From: a virus | Taxonomy: Duplodnaviria; Caudoviricetes | Length of the DNA stretch: 52,519 nt | IMG/VR virus record: IMGVR_UViG_3300046714_000321 | Coordinates: 1-52,519 of that record | Reading direction: 5' to 3' (one strand) | In this document: piece after piece, positions 16,343 through 25,849 of the stretch | Numbering within the stretch: position 1 is the stretch's first letter | Layout: the number at the start of each line of letters is the position of its first letter | The notes under the pieces: generated by a model | What the model saw: the letters and a program-made list of their open reading frames with translations, nothing else | The model's database searches: none | What the model was told of the DNA's origin: nothing | Translations under genes and position numbers: made by a program

Positions 16343-17723
16343 CTTTCACGAATTCGTCAAGCGCGCGTGGCATATCATCGAGCCGGGCGTCCCATTCTCC
16401 GATAACTGGCACATTGAGCTGGTCTGTCGGAAACTTGAGGCGGTTTTCCGGGGCGAGATAAAAAAGCTGGTCATAAACCAGCCCCCGGGCACGTCGAAAT
16501 CCACCGTGGTTTCCGTGCTTTTCAAGGTTTGGACCTGGATCAACCAGCCGGGCCACAAGTTTCTGGCGGCCAGTTTCGATGGGTCCCTAACTCTCCGAGA
16601 CGCCCGTAAGTGCCTGACTTTGCTCCAGTCTGATTGGTTCAAAGCAAGGTGGGGCGACACGGTGGCGGCCGTGGAGAAAAACCTGGCCGTCTCGGATTTC
16701 GCGACCACGGCCGGGGGCCAGCTGTTTTCCACGTCGGTGGGTGGCAAGGTCACGGGTCGCCACTTCGACACCCACATTATCGACGATCCGACCAAACCCC
16801 TGGCCGTGTCCCCCGTGACCCTGGAGCAGGCCCAGAAGTGGTTCCAAGGCACGTTGGCCTCCCGTTTCCGGGACCCGAAAAACGGCCGGACGGTCCTGAT
16901 CATGCAGCGTCTGCATGAGAACGACCTGGCCGGCTTCCTCGAGAGGGAGCACGGGTATTACGTCGTCAGGCTCCCCATGGAGTACGAGCCGGCGGAGGCT
17001 CACCCCGAGGACCCGCGCACGGAAGAGGGTGAGCTCCTCTGGCCGGACCGGATCCCGCTGCACGTGGTCCTGGAGCTCAAAAAAACGATGGGGTCGATCG
17101 TGTACGCGGCCCAGGAACAGCAGAGGCCGGTCCCCGAGGGAGGCGCCGTTTTCCGCCGGGAATGGTTCCAGTACTACAAGGGCGTCCCGGCCAAGTTCGA
17201 CCAGCTCCTTATGTCGGTGGACTGCTCTTTCAAGGACCTCGAAACCTCGGACTGGGTCGTTATCCAGGTCTGGGGCCGGAGGGGCGGGGAGTTCTGGCTA
17301 CTGGACCAGACGCGGGAGCGCATGGGTTTCTCGGCTACGTGCGTCGCGATCCGGGCCATGGCGAAAAAATGGCCTCGGGCCGTGAAAAAAATCGTGGAGG
17401 ATAAAGCCAACGGATCCGCGGTGGTCGAGACCCTGAATAAAAAAATCAGCGGTATGAGGCCAGTTAACCCCGAGGGTGGCAAGCTCGCGCGCGCTAATGC
17501 CGTGAGCCCTCTTTTCGAGGCGAAAAACGTCTGGCTACCGGACCCCGAGCTGGCCCCCTGGATCGGCGACTACACCAAGGAACTCCAGTCGTTCCCGATG
17601 GGGACGAACGACGACCAGGTGGACGCGACCACCCAGGCTTTGAACCACATGTATATGGGCAAAAGTCGGGTGAAAGAGGCGATGGCGGCCATGGCTCGCG
17701 GGTATATGCCTGGCATCCGATAA
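16278..17723 (+). CDS. terL: Terminase large subunit
   Basis: INQPPGTSKS Walker A, IIDDP, IMQRLHENDL, QQRP, nuclease SVD...EDKANG...DDQVDA. Confidence 0.95.
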   Translation: MASKLTADIVSVAVDRELCRRSFHEFVKRAWHIIEPGVPFSDNWHIELVCRKLEAVFRGEIKKLVINQPPGTSKSTVVSVLFKVWTWINQPGHKFLAASFDGSLTLRDARKCLTLLQSDWFKARWGDTVAAVEKNLAVSDFATTAGGQLFSTSVGGKVTGRHFDTHIIDDPTKPLAVSPVTLEQAQKWFQGTLASRFRDPKNGRTVLIMQRLHENDLAGFLEREHGYYVVRLPMEYEPAEAHPEDPRTEEGELLWPDRIPLHVVLELKKTMGSIVYAAQEQQRPVPEGGAVFRREWFQYYKGVPAKFDQLLMSVDCSFKDLETSDWVVIQVWGRRGGEFWLLDQTRERMGFSATCVAIRAMAKKWPRAVKKIVEDKANGSAVVETLNKKISGMRPVNPEGGKLARANAVSPLFEAKNVWLPDPELAPWIGDYTKELQSFPMGTNDDQVDATTQALNHMYMGKSRVKEAMAAMARGYMPGIR

Positions 17724-17743
17724 CAGGTACCTAGTATCTGATT
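17719..17743 (+). promoter_or_regulatory. Pseudo-palindromic site B with -10 box TAGTAT (leaderless promoter)
   Basis: GATAACAG-GTAC-CTAGTATC; near-identical copy at 22975, both 25 nt before an ATG. Confidence 0.65.
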
Positions 17744-18354
<611 letters not shown>

Positions 18355-18358
<4 letters not shown>

Positions 18359-18606
18359 CGGAGCACGAACTAAAAACCTGGCGCCCGTATTTCGAGGACG
18401 TCTGGGAGGGCCGGAAGGCTTTCGAGGTCCGGAAAAACGACCGGGACTTTCAGGTAGGCGACCGGGTCATTCTGAGGGAGACGGGCCCCCGGGACCCCCG
18501 CCGAATCTACGCGACCGTGGGGTACGTCCTATCGGGCGGTCAGTTCGGTATCGAGCCGGGATACGCGGTTTTGGGTCTGACGGATATCCACCGGAGGGCT
18601 GAGTGA
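18355..18606 (+). CDS. DUF3850 (ASCH/PUA-like) protein
   Basis: HELKTWRPYFEDVWEGRKAFEVRKNDRDFQVGD. Confidence 0.85.
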
Positions 18607-18947
18607 TGCTGGTCATCATCGAGTCGCCTTTCGGGGCCAAGGATCCGGCCGTCCTTGAAGAAAACAAGCGCTACCTGGACGAGTGCCTGGCCGACTCACT
18701 CAAGCGCGGCGAGGCGCCCTACGCCAGCCACAAGCTCTATCCCGGCGTGCTGGACGATAACGTTCCGGACCAGAGGCGCCAGGGCATGGAAGCCGGCTTC
18801 GCGTGGGGCGAGAGGGGCGACCTGGTCGCGGTCTACGTCGATCGGGGCCTATCGGCCGGCATGGTCGAAGGGGTCAAGAAGGCCCAGGCGCGCGGCCAGA
18901 AGGTCGTTTTCCGGTCCGTCAAGCTGGGCAACATGGGGACGCTATGA
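18606..18947 (+). CDS. Nucleoside deoxyribosyltransferase-like protein (DUF4406/DUF7768-like)
   Basis: VIIESPF...GEAPYASH..YP..LDD...VYVDRGLSAGM. Confidence 0.65.
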   Translation: MLVIIESPFGAKDPAVLEENKRYLDECLADSLKRGEAPYASHKLYPGVLDDNVPDQRRQGMEAGFAWGERGDLVAVYVDRGLSAGMVEGVKKAQARGQKVVFRSVKLGNMGTL

Positions 18948-19282
18948 GATTCTTCCTCCTGTACGGCCTTATCTGTCTTGGGGTTTTCGCTGGAATCTGG
19001 ACCATGGGGGCCCTGCTCCGTCACCTGGATGAGAAGCCCCCGGCCCCCGACGTGTGCGAGGCCCAAGCGCGCAAGCTTTACGCCGCGGCCGAGACGTTCC
19101 AAGGCAAAGAGTACTGTTATTTCCGGGTAAAGCTGGGCACGAACTGGTTTTTCTTCACGTCGCTCGGCGATGTGGGCCGTCTGCCCTTGATCGTCGATCG
19201 TCCCGAGGACGTCGAAATACCGGCCCATGCCCCCGGCATGGACCGCTCTACTGGCTACGTGCAGCCGTGGAAGGGGCCGTAA
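18944..19282 (+). CDS. Membrane-anchored hypothetical protein
   Basis: ATGA coupling; N-terminal transmembrane helix. Confidence 0.6.
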   Translation: MRFFLLYGLICLGVFAGIWTMGALLRHLDEKPPAPDVCEAQARKLYAAAETFQGKEYCYFRVKLGTNWFFFTSLGDVGRLPLIVDRPEDVEIPAHAPGMDRSTGYVQPWKGP

Positions 19283-19364
19283 TGGGAACCTTCCTGCTGA
19301 TCGTCGCGCTAGCCACGATAGTGGTCTGTTTGAGCCCCTCCACGCGCCCGAAAGGACCACGATA

Positions 19365-19607
19365 GTGGGCTGGAAAAAGTGCCCGGACCCGTGCGGCGGA
19401 GATTGCGCTCCCGACACGGAGCCACCGGATACCGACCAGAACGCGCCGAGCCCCCGGCCCTCGTATTGGGACCTCTGGGAGGTTCGGGAGGCTCTGAGGG
19501 CCTTCCTTTACGACCCCGACGGCAAAAGCACGCCAGCGCACCTGAGTAAACTCCGTCGCCTCGTGCCGCTCCACGATCCGCCTCACTGGCGCAAGGAACG
19601 GCCGTGA
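19365..19607 (+). CDS. Hypothetical protein
   Basis: Coupled to the next ORF by GTGA; start uncertain. Confidence 0.45.
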   Translation: MGWKKCPDPCGGDCAPDTEPPDTDQNAPSPRPSYWDLWEVREALRAFLYDPDGKSTPAHLSKLRRLVPLHDPPHWRKERP

Positions 19608-19840
19608 GTATCACCTTTCATGGAGAAGATGAGCTCTGGTTTTACTGTTTTCTGACGGAAAACGTAAAACTGGACGAGTCCGAATTCGTGTGCCTGGACG
19701 AGGGTATCCTACCCCCTGAAAAGGCGCCCCCGCCCGGTGGGGAGGTTCCTTTCCACGCGGTACTCGAGGTGCGGGAGCCGCGCCCTTACGGAGGCCCTGG
19801 CGACCCTTGGGGGCCCTACTGGCCTCGGGGGGAGATATGA
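19604..19840 (+). CDS. Hypothetical protein
   Basis: AAGGA RBS, GTGA coupling. Confidence 0.5.
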   Translation: MSITFHGEDELWFYCFLTENVKLDESEFVCLDEGILPPEKAPPPGGEVPFHAVLEVREPRPYGGPGDPWGPYWPRGEI

Positions 19841-19984
19841 GGTTCCTCCGGCTCTCCTCCCTCAGTTACCCGATGCTGGCCTCTCTCCTGGAGGTCTACT
19901 TCCGCGCCCCCGCGCGCCCGTACACCTTCAACCCCCGATCGGCCGTCTACACGGTGGGGGAGTACCAGTTTTCTAACGTCCCGG

Positions 19985-20740
19985 TCACTCGGGCAAAACA
20001 GCTATCGCCACGCACCGGCACTGGTAGTCCTCTCCCGGGTGACCCGTCTCTGGAGGCGAGTCCCAGCGAAAGCGTTTCCCCTCGTTCGCCTGGTGCGTCT
20101 CCCGCACCCGCTCGTCCCCCGATGTAGACCACTCGTACTCTTCCACGCCCGCGTCCTCCTGACGGGCCTGGGTGATAGCGCCGTTGAGTTTCAGGGTCTG
20201 GTCACGCGCGATTAGCTCGGCCCGGGACTCCGAGACGTTGCCCCGTTCGATCAGATCGTCCCGGATATCCTCCACGCGCTTTCCGAAGGTCGAGGGATCT
20301 TCCATGACGGCCCGAACGTCCGTGGCGTACACCCGGTGCGCTTTCTCGACCAGGCGGATGCTGGCCTCCCGGGCCGCGTCGATCGCCGTCTTTACTCCCG
20401 TGCCCTCCTGGGTCACACCCACGGCGCGCCAGGCATTTTCCTCGACCTTCCGGGCCATGGGATCGAACGCGGCGCGCACGCGGGAGGCCAGGCCTAGCTG
20501 GATTCGCTGGGTCAGAGCTTCGATGATCGACCCCGCGCCATCGGTCCTCGTCTGGGCGTCCGTTCGGCGTTTCAGGAGCGGGGCCAGCTCCGCCATGTAG
20601 GTCCGGTGGATGCCTCGAAGGGTGGCCCGGATTAGCCGGACGTACTGGAGTTCACTGGCTCGAATTGCCTGGGGGTTGCTTGTCGGCTGGAGCTTGCGGG
20701 GCCGGCTTTGCCGGGGCGTTCGGATCGTTCGGCGCGGCAT
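19985..20740 (-). CDS. Minor head morphogenesis protein (Mu gpF/SPP1 gp7 family)
   Basis: RAELIARDQ...YEWSTSGDERVRETH...HPGEDYQCRC. Confidence 0.92.
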   Translation of the reverse strand: MPRRTIRTPRQSRPRKLQPTSNPQAIRASELQYVRLIRATLRGIHRTYMAELAPLLKRRTDAQTRTDGAGSIIEALTQRIQLGLASRVRAAFDPMARKVEENAWRAVGVTQEGTGVKTAIDAAREASIRLVEKAHRVYATDVRAVMEDPSTFGKRVEDIRDDLIERGNVSESRAELIARDQTLKLNGAITQARQEDAGVEEYEWSTSGDERVRETHQANEGKRFRWDSPPETGHPGEDYQCRCVAIAVLPE

Positions 20741-22136
20741 TGCTGTTACCAGGATTCATAGCCGGATCGGGCTGGACCCAAGCCTGGCTTAGACGATCCT
20801 CAGTTTTCAAGGACTCGCGAGCGGCGTCGATCCAGTCTTTTTCGGCCTTCAACGTGAGGGAGAACGGCACACCCTGGCCGAACCGGGCGATCTTCACTTC
20901 CTCGGGTGTGAAAACCTGGTTCGTAACCAAGATCGCGTCCCGCTCGGCGCACGTTTTCTCTAGGGCCGCGCGTTCGTCGTCGGTCAGGGAGATCAGGGAA
21001 TTGTGCTCGATTTCCACTTTTTCCGGGTCGGCGCTAACCAGGCGGGCGATCATCCGGTAGATTTTCAGGAGCTTGGGCGTAAGGCCGTTTTTCTGCTCCG
21101 ACTCGATCGAACCATAAAACGACCGAAAGTCCGCGTCACCCGTGGCATTCATGCCAGCCGGGGACCGACCCATTAGAATGGTTACGGGCATGCCAGCCGC
21201 GGCGGCCAGCCTCTGCTGCCACCGGTCCAGGAGCTCCGGGATCCCTCCGAACTGGGTGGGCTTGCGGTCGAAGTCCTCGTTTTCGTCGGCGTCCAGCAGA
21301 ATGGCCCGCGCCGCCGATCGCTGCAGCTCCATGACCTGCATGCGCCGGTTGAGGGTCTCCTGGTCATTGGCGATCTGGTCCATGAGGCCAGCCAGTTTCC
21401 AGACAGCTTGGCTCGCGTCCGAGAGCAGGATGGCCGTGGCCCCGTAAGCCTGGCCGAACTGCCGGAGGACGTTGTAAGGGCGCTGTAGGACGCTGTAGGT
21501 CCAACCCTTGAGGCGCACACGCTCCATGCGGTCCGTCGGCGCACCCTCAAAGCGGATGCAACGGGACTCGTGCACGAGGATCGGCTTACCCGTGGGGCCA
21601 CCGTCCCGGCCGGCCAGGGTCTGGGGCGTGATCGAGTAAAGCTCTGGATCCCCGAAATTGGGTTTGAGAGGATCGTTATAGTACGAGAAAACCTCTGCCG
21701 AGCGGCGGTCCACGACCGTCAGGAACGTGATATCCTTAACGCTTTCCTCGTCCAGTGGCTGGGCCGCTTTCTTGCCATCCTGGGCCCCGATAATCAGAAG
21801 CGCGCCCCCGCGGAGCCGGCCCCACCGGTAACCATCCAGGAAGTTATCGTTGACCTTCAAGGCCTTGGCCTTGTCCGTCATCTCCTGGGACTTGTCGGAA
21901 ATTACGCGGTAGCCAGCCCGAAACATTTCCTCCGGTCGCGTATCGACGATCCGGCCGGCCATGTCGTCCGAGGAGTACATGGCCGTGAGTTCCTCATCGT
22001 CCAGCTGGATCTCGCGCTCGTAGAACGCGGACATGGTCTTGTCCCGCCCCAGCTGGCCCAGTCCCGTCGTAAAGTTAACCCACCCGTCGGCTCGGGGGCG
22101 CTTGCGGGAGGTAGGCTTTTTTGCGGGGCGACCCAT
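20652..22136 (-). CDS. Portal protein (DUF1073 family)
   Basis: DGWVN..TGLG..RDK, VHESRCIRF, AAAAGMPVTILMGRSPAGMNATGDADFRSFY; adjacent to the minor head gene. Confidence 0.9.
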   Translation of the reverse strand: MGRPAKKPTSRKRPRADGWVNFTTGLGQLGRDKTMSAFYEREIQLDDEELTAMYSSDDMAGRIVDTRPEEMFRAGYRVISDKSQEMTDKAKALKVNDNFLDGYRWGRLRGGALLIIGAQDGKKAAQPLDEESVKDITFLTVVDRRSAEVFSYYNDPLKPNFGDPELYSITPQTLAGRDGGPTGKPILVHESRCIRFEGAPTDRMERVRLKGWTYSVLQRPYNVLRQFGQAYGATAILLSDASQAVWKLAGLMDQIANDQETLNRRMQVMELQRSAARAILLDADENEDFDRKPTQFGGIPELLDRWQQRLAAAAGMPVTILMGRSPAGMNATGDADFRSFYGSIESEQKNGLTPKLLKIYRMIARLVSADPEKVEIEHNSLISLTDDERAALEKTCAERDAILVTNQVFTPEEVKIARFGQGVPFSLTLKAEKDWIDAARESLKTEDRLSQAWVQPDPAMNPGNSNAAPNDPNAPAKPAPQAPADKQPPGNSSQ

Positions 22137-22179
22137 GCCCTAAACGTAGGATACTGTTACCTGCTAATATGTGGTTATC

Positions 22180-22380
22180 ATGTCTGACGATTTGCTGAAA
22201 ACCGCAGCGGGGCGCCTCACGGAAAAGGGTGTCAAGCGCATCCTGGAGCTGCGCCAGGCTGGGAAAACCTACCAGGCCATCGCGATTGAAATGAACGTAT
22301 CCATGGGGACGGTTTTCAACGCGGTCCGAGGGAAGACCCACCCGCACCTGACCCGCCCGGCCAGCCCCGCCCAGCCGTGA
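22180..22380 (+). CDS. HTH DNA-binding protein
   Basis: LTEKGVKRILELRQAGKTYQAIAIEMNVSMGTVFNAVRGKT. Confidence 0.75.
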   Translation: MSDDLLKTAAGRLTEKGVKRILELRQAGKTYQAIAIEMNVSMGTVFNAVRGKTHPHLTRPASPAQP

Positions 22381-22976
22381 GCCTGGTCCCGGTGGCCCCG
22401 GCCCCCGTACGCATCTGGGAGCGCCAAGATCAGGAGAGCGAGGCCTCCTGGGCCGGCTTTCAGGCGTACCGCGATGGCCAGCGCCCGCGCCAGCTAGAGG
22501 ACGTGGCCCGCAAGTTCCGGGTCCCCCTCCACAAGATAATCGACCTCTGCAATGATAATTCCTGGCGCCAGAGGGTCCTGGAATTCGACCGGTGGGAGGA
22601 CGCCAACCTCCTGGAGGACCGCCTGGCCGTGCTCCAGGAGACTCAGAGGGACGTCACGATCCGACACCTCCGCTTGATTCGCATGGCCTCCGAGGTGGCG
22701 GCCGAGGATATGTCGAAGCTCCTGGCCACCGCGAAAGAGTCCGAGCAACCAGTGGTTAACCGTGTCGCGGACCTGATCAAACTCATGGACGCGGCCGTGA
22801 AACTGGACCGACTCGAACGGGGCCAGGCCACGGAAATACTTCAGGCTGGCGCCCCCGTGCTGGATCTGTCTCAGTTTACGCCCGAGGAGCTCCTGGTTTT
22901 CGAAAAGCTGGCCACGAAGGCCGGTATCCCCCTGGGCGCCGAAACGACCCAGGTCCCTGCCCTCCCGGCGAAGTGA
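22377..22976 (+). CDS. terS: Putative terminase small subunit
   Basis: WERQDQES..SWAGFQAYRD N-terminus, HTH, WRQRV..FD, helical oligomerisation region. Confidence 0.6.
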   Translation: MSLVPVAPAPVRIWERQDQESEASWAGFQAYRDGQRPRQLEDVARKFRVPLHKIIDLCNDNSWRQRVLEFDRWEDANLLEDRLAVLQETQRDVTIRHLRLIRMASEVAAEDMSKLLATAKESEQPVVNRVADLIKLMDAAVKLDRLERGQATEILQAGAPVLDLSQFTPEELLVFEKLATKAGIPLGAETTQVPALPAK

Positions 22977-22999
22977 TAACAGGTTTCTAGTATCTGGTT
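22975..22999 (+). promoter_or_regulatory. Pseudo-palindromic site B with -10 box TAGTAT
   Basis: GATAACAG-GTTT-CTAGTATC-TGGTT-ATG. Confidence 0.65.
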
Positions 23000-23356
23000 A
23001 TGGGGCTCGGCGGAGGTAATCGCTGGATTTGTGAAAAGCCTGGTCGCCGTTCGACCTCCCAGAACGCGCTGGATCTGGCTCTAGCCCAGGCCACTTTCGC
23101 CAAATACCGGAAAAGTGTCCGAGCGGTACACATAAATAAAGACCCCTATAAGGGCGTAACTACTTACATTTATCTGGCCGCCAAGGACCTCTGTCGAAAG
23201 CTTGCCCAAAACCCGTTTTTGCAGCTCACCCAAAAGCAACGGGCCATGTTCGAGCGGGCCCTAGGGCCGGAGGTCGTGGCCCAAATAAAGGCCCAATTGG
23301 GGCCCCCGGAGATACCGGCCCAGGCCCTCCCCCTAAAACCCCCGGGTCGCGAATGA
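23000..23356 (+). CDS. Hypothetical protein
   Basis: Leaderless-type start; coupled to the next ORF. Confidence 0.6.
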   Translation: MGLGGGNRWICEKPGRRSTSQNALDLALAQATFAKYRKSVRAVHINKDPYKGVTTYIYLAAKDLCRKLAQNPFLQLTQKQRAMFERALGPEVVAQIKAQLGPPEIPAQALPLKPPGRE

Positions 23357-23553
23357 GGCCGAAGCATGTTCGCGCCCAGATAATCGCCGAAGACGGCCGG
23401 AAAATCCTGATCGATATCGAGGGGTCGGAAGCCTACGTGGCTGAGCGGCTTACCTACATCGGCGAGTTATCTCTGCTCCGGTTCGACTCGGGGCGCGAGG
23501 GCACGGCCGTTTACAACTTCAAGGAGCCAGTGAAATGTATCGGATCGGCGTAG
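23353..23553 (+). CDS. Hypothetical protein
   Basis: ATGA coupling. Confidence 0.55.
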   Translation: MRPKHVRAQIIAEDGRKILIDIEGSEAYVAERLTYIGELSLLRFDSGREGTAVYNFKEPVKCIGSA

Positions 23554-23942
23554 CGGGAAGTGCGGCCCACGACCAGCCCACGTGCGGGACCCGGGAGATG
23601 GCCATCGAGTCGGCCAAGAAGGCGTCCCGGTCGATCACGGTCTTTCAGTTTTGCGTGTGGGACATGAGCCAGAGACCACCTCGCCAGGTGGGGTACGCGC
23701 ACAGGGGGAATTGGTTCTGGGACGCCTCGTTCACGGGGACCCACGGCCGGAACGCCTACAAGGAATCGTGCGACGAGCACCATACCCCGCCCGAAACGCC
23801 GCGCATGTCTTTGGGAGAGGCCTTCGCGATACAAATCTACACCCCCGCCGGCCCCGTCGTCGGTGTGTATCAGGAGAGCGTCGGCTGGATCGTGCCTGAA
23901 GCCATCCGGATGGTCGAGATCAAGGCGAAGGTCGTGGTGTGA
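23535..23942 (+). CDS. Hypothetical protein
   Basis: AAGGAG RBS; coupled to the resolvase gene. Confidence 0.55.
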   Translation: MYRIGVAGSAAHDQPTCGTREMAIESAKKASRSITVFQFCVWDMSQRPPRQVGYAHRGNWFWDASFTGTHGRNAYKESCDEHHTPPETPRMSLGEAFAIQIYTPAGPVVGVYQESVGWIVPEAIRMVEIKAKVVV

Positions 23943-24424
23943 GCGTTCTTCTGGCCATCGACCCTGGCCGCTGCACCGGGTGGGCGTTCTCCGTCGACGG
24001 CCGGATCCGGGACGCGGGGGTTCTCAAATACGACCCGTGGGGACGGGTAACATTTGTGAACCATTCCATTTATCAGCCGGACACGGTCGTGATCGAATAC
24101 CCGTGCGTTCGCCGTGGACGAAGTAGCAAGGGCGACCCTAACGACCTTATCCCCCTCGCTGGCCAGGCCTGGACCATGAAGTTTTTCCACGAGACTTTCG
24201 ACCGTTGCAAAGTGCACCTCGTCACCCCCGAGGGGTGGAAGGGCCAGCTGGATAAGAAGGTCCATCATGCCCAGCTCTGGCCCCAGCTGACGACCGAGGA
24301 ACGTGCAGCTGTTTCCGCCGCTGCCTTGCCCATTGCCGAGAGTTACAGGCACAATCTATACGACGCGGTCGCTCTAGCCGTCTGGGGCGCGCGCCAGTAC
24401 CAGGGGCGAAAAAATGGCACGTGA
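23939..24424 (+). CDS. ruvC: RuvC-like Holliday junction resolvase
   Basis: LLAIDPG..TGWA, VVIE, P..WK, YDAVALA. Confidence 0.8.
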   Translation: MSVLLAIDPGRCTGWAFSVDGRIRDAGVLKYDPWGRVTFVNHSIYQPDTVVIEYPCVRRGRSSKGDPNDLIPLAGQAWTMKFFHETFDRCKVHLVTPEGWKGQLDKKVHHAQLWPQLTTEERAAVSAAALPIAESYRHNLYDAVALAVWGARQYQGRKNGT

Positions 24425-24614
24425 GATAGGGGCCCGAGGACCCTGGCGCGATCTGATTCTGGCCTACGGGACGTTAAAGGAATTCGCGGCTTTAGTCGGC
24501 GTCACGCCCAGCACGATTACCAAATGGGAGCGGGGCACCCACCCCGTTTCGAAACTGGCCGTGTCCCGTATTCGAGCCCTCGCGAAACGCAAGGGTTTAC
24601 CGTCGCCCGTCTAA
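24414..24614 (+). CDS. XRE/Cro-family HTH regulator
   Basis: TLKEFAALVGVTPSTITKWERG. Confidence 0.85.
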   Translation: MAREIGARGPWRDLILAYGTLKEFAALVGVTPSTITKWERGTHPVSKLAVSRIRALAKRKGLPSPV

Positions 24615-25216
24615 CGCGGAGGCGCCCAGCCGCACGAGCGGAGGTGGTCGTAACGCCACGCCGGCCGGATACTTGCGAGGGCCCGGATCGTCACATCGTC
24701 GATGCACGGCGCCCCGAAGGTGTAACCCGGAAACATGAGGGTCCCCACGATACCGATGTGGTTCATACCCAGCGTGTGCCCGATCTCATGCATCATGATT
24801 GCCTTTAAATTCCGCTCACCTACGGCCAGGCTGCACACGTAAATCACGGGGGAGCCAAGGTCCGTAACGAAAGCCAGGGTGCCATCATCGCACGAGAGGT
24901 TGTCCCCGAGGCGGATAACCAGGCGCCCCTGGCCCGTGGCCTGTACGTCCTTCAGGGCGTCCTCCAGCATCGGGAAATCCGCGGCGTCCTCCCGGATGCC
25001 GAAGTAGTCGTAACCGTTGAGGGCCAGGTTCCACTCGGAGAATGCGGCCTTGATCTGGTCTCGCTCGTTTTCCGTGAAATCCGCGTCGATGGTTACCGGC
25101 TGATACCGAGCCACGTAATCCACCGGGGGCGTGGCTGGCCTGTAGGTTAAAGCGCTCTCCGTGGAGAAACAGGCGACCAAAACGAGGGCGAGAAACAGAA
25201 AAAACGCGTACCGCAT
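24611..25216 (-). CDS. Matrixin-like (metzincin) zinc metalloprotease, lipoprotein
   Basis: Lipobox LVAC; HEIGHTLGMNH; Met-turn LMFP. Confidence 0.85.
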   Translation of the reverse strand: MRYAFFLFLALVLVACFSTESALTYRPATPPVDYVARYQPVTIDADFTENERDQIKAAFSEWNLALNGYDYFGIREDAADFPMLEDALKDVQATGQGRLVIRLGDNLSCDDGTLAFVTDLGSPVIYVCSLAVGERNLKAIMMHEIGHTLGMNHIGIVGTLMFPGYTFGAPCIDDVTIRALASIRPAWRYDHLRSCGWAPPR

Positions 25217-25252
25217 TGCAAAGCGGTAGCCGATAACTATTAGTTAACAGAC

Positions 25253-25849
25253 ATGCGTTATCTGATCGGCGTCCTGGTTTTCCTCGTGGTCTGGCTCCTC
25301 GGTTGTTCGTCCGGCGTGACGGATCCTCCGGTAGTTAAGGAATATCCAGAGGTTTGCTCACTAATCGACCAGGCCCCGGCCGAGTCTTTAACGGCCGTTC
25401 GGCTGGTTATGGAGCCCACGATTACGCCCCTGGAGGCCGTGCTTATCGTCGACGCCGCGGCCGAGTGGGAGCAAGCGGGGTGCCGCCTCCACTTCGTTCT
25501 CGAGTACTCGGACGTCGTCCACGGCGCCAACGAACCTCACACGATTCGCTTCCGGCACGGGGACCCGGTGGGTCACGAGGGCTTGGGAGCGAAGGCCTTC
25601 TCCCCGCACCTGCTCCAGACCGATATCGAAATCTACGCCACCTGGCACCCCCGCCTTCGGACGATCGTCCTTCACGAGCTTGGGCACGCCCTGGACCTCG
25701 GTTGGGGCGGTTCCGACCACTACCGCGGGGAAAAAGCGGCCGTCATGCACCCGGCCCTGGAGGACGCGGCCGACCACCTCGAGGACGTGGACGTGCTGGC
25801 CCTACGCGAAATCTGGCAGTGTTCTACCGAAGGAACCGGCCAGCCGTGA
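25253..25849 (+). CDS. Matrixin-like (metzincin) zinc metalloprotease, lipoprotein
   Basis: Lipobox LLGC; HELGHALDLGWGGSDH; Met-turn VMHP. Confidence 0.75.
   Translation: MRYLIGVLVFLVVWLLGCSSGVTDPPVVKEYPEVCSLIDQAPAESLTAVRLVMEPTITPLEAVLIVDAAAEWEQAGCRLHFVLEYSDVVHGANEPHTIRFRHGDPVGHEGLGAKAFSPHLLQTDIEIYATWHPRLRTIVLHELGHALDLGWGGSDHYRGEKAAVMHPALEDAADHLEDVDVLALREIWQCSTEGTGQP

Noticed and set aside
20652-22136. Anti-CBASS Acb1 label often attached to DUF1073 proteins
   Set aside because: No paired HxT 2H-phosphoesterase domain seen; context and motifs indicate a plain portal
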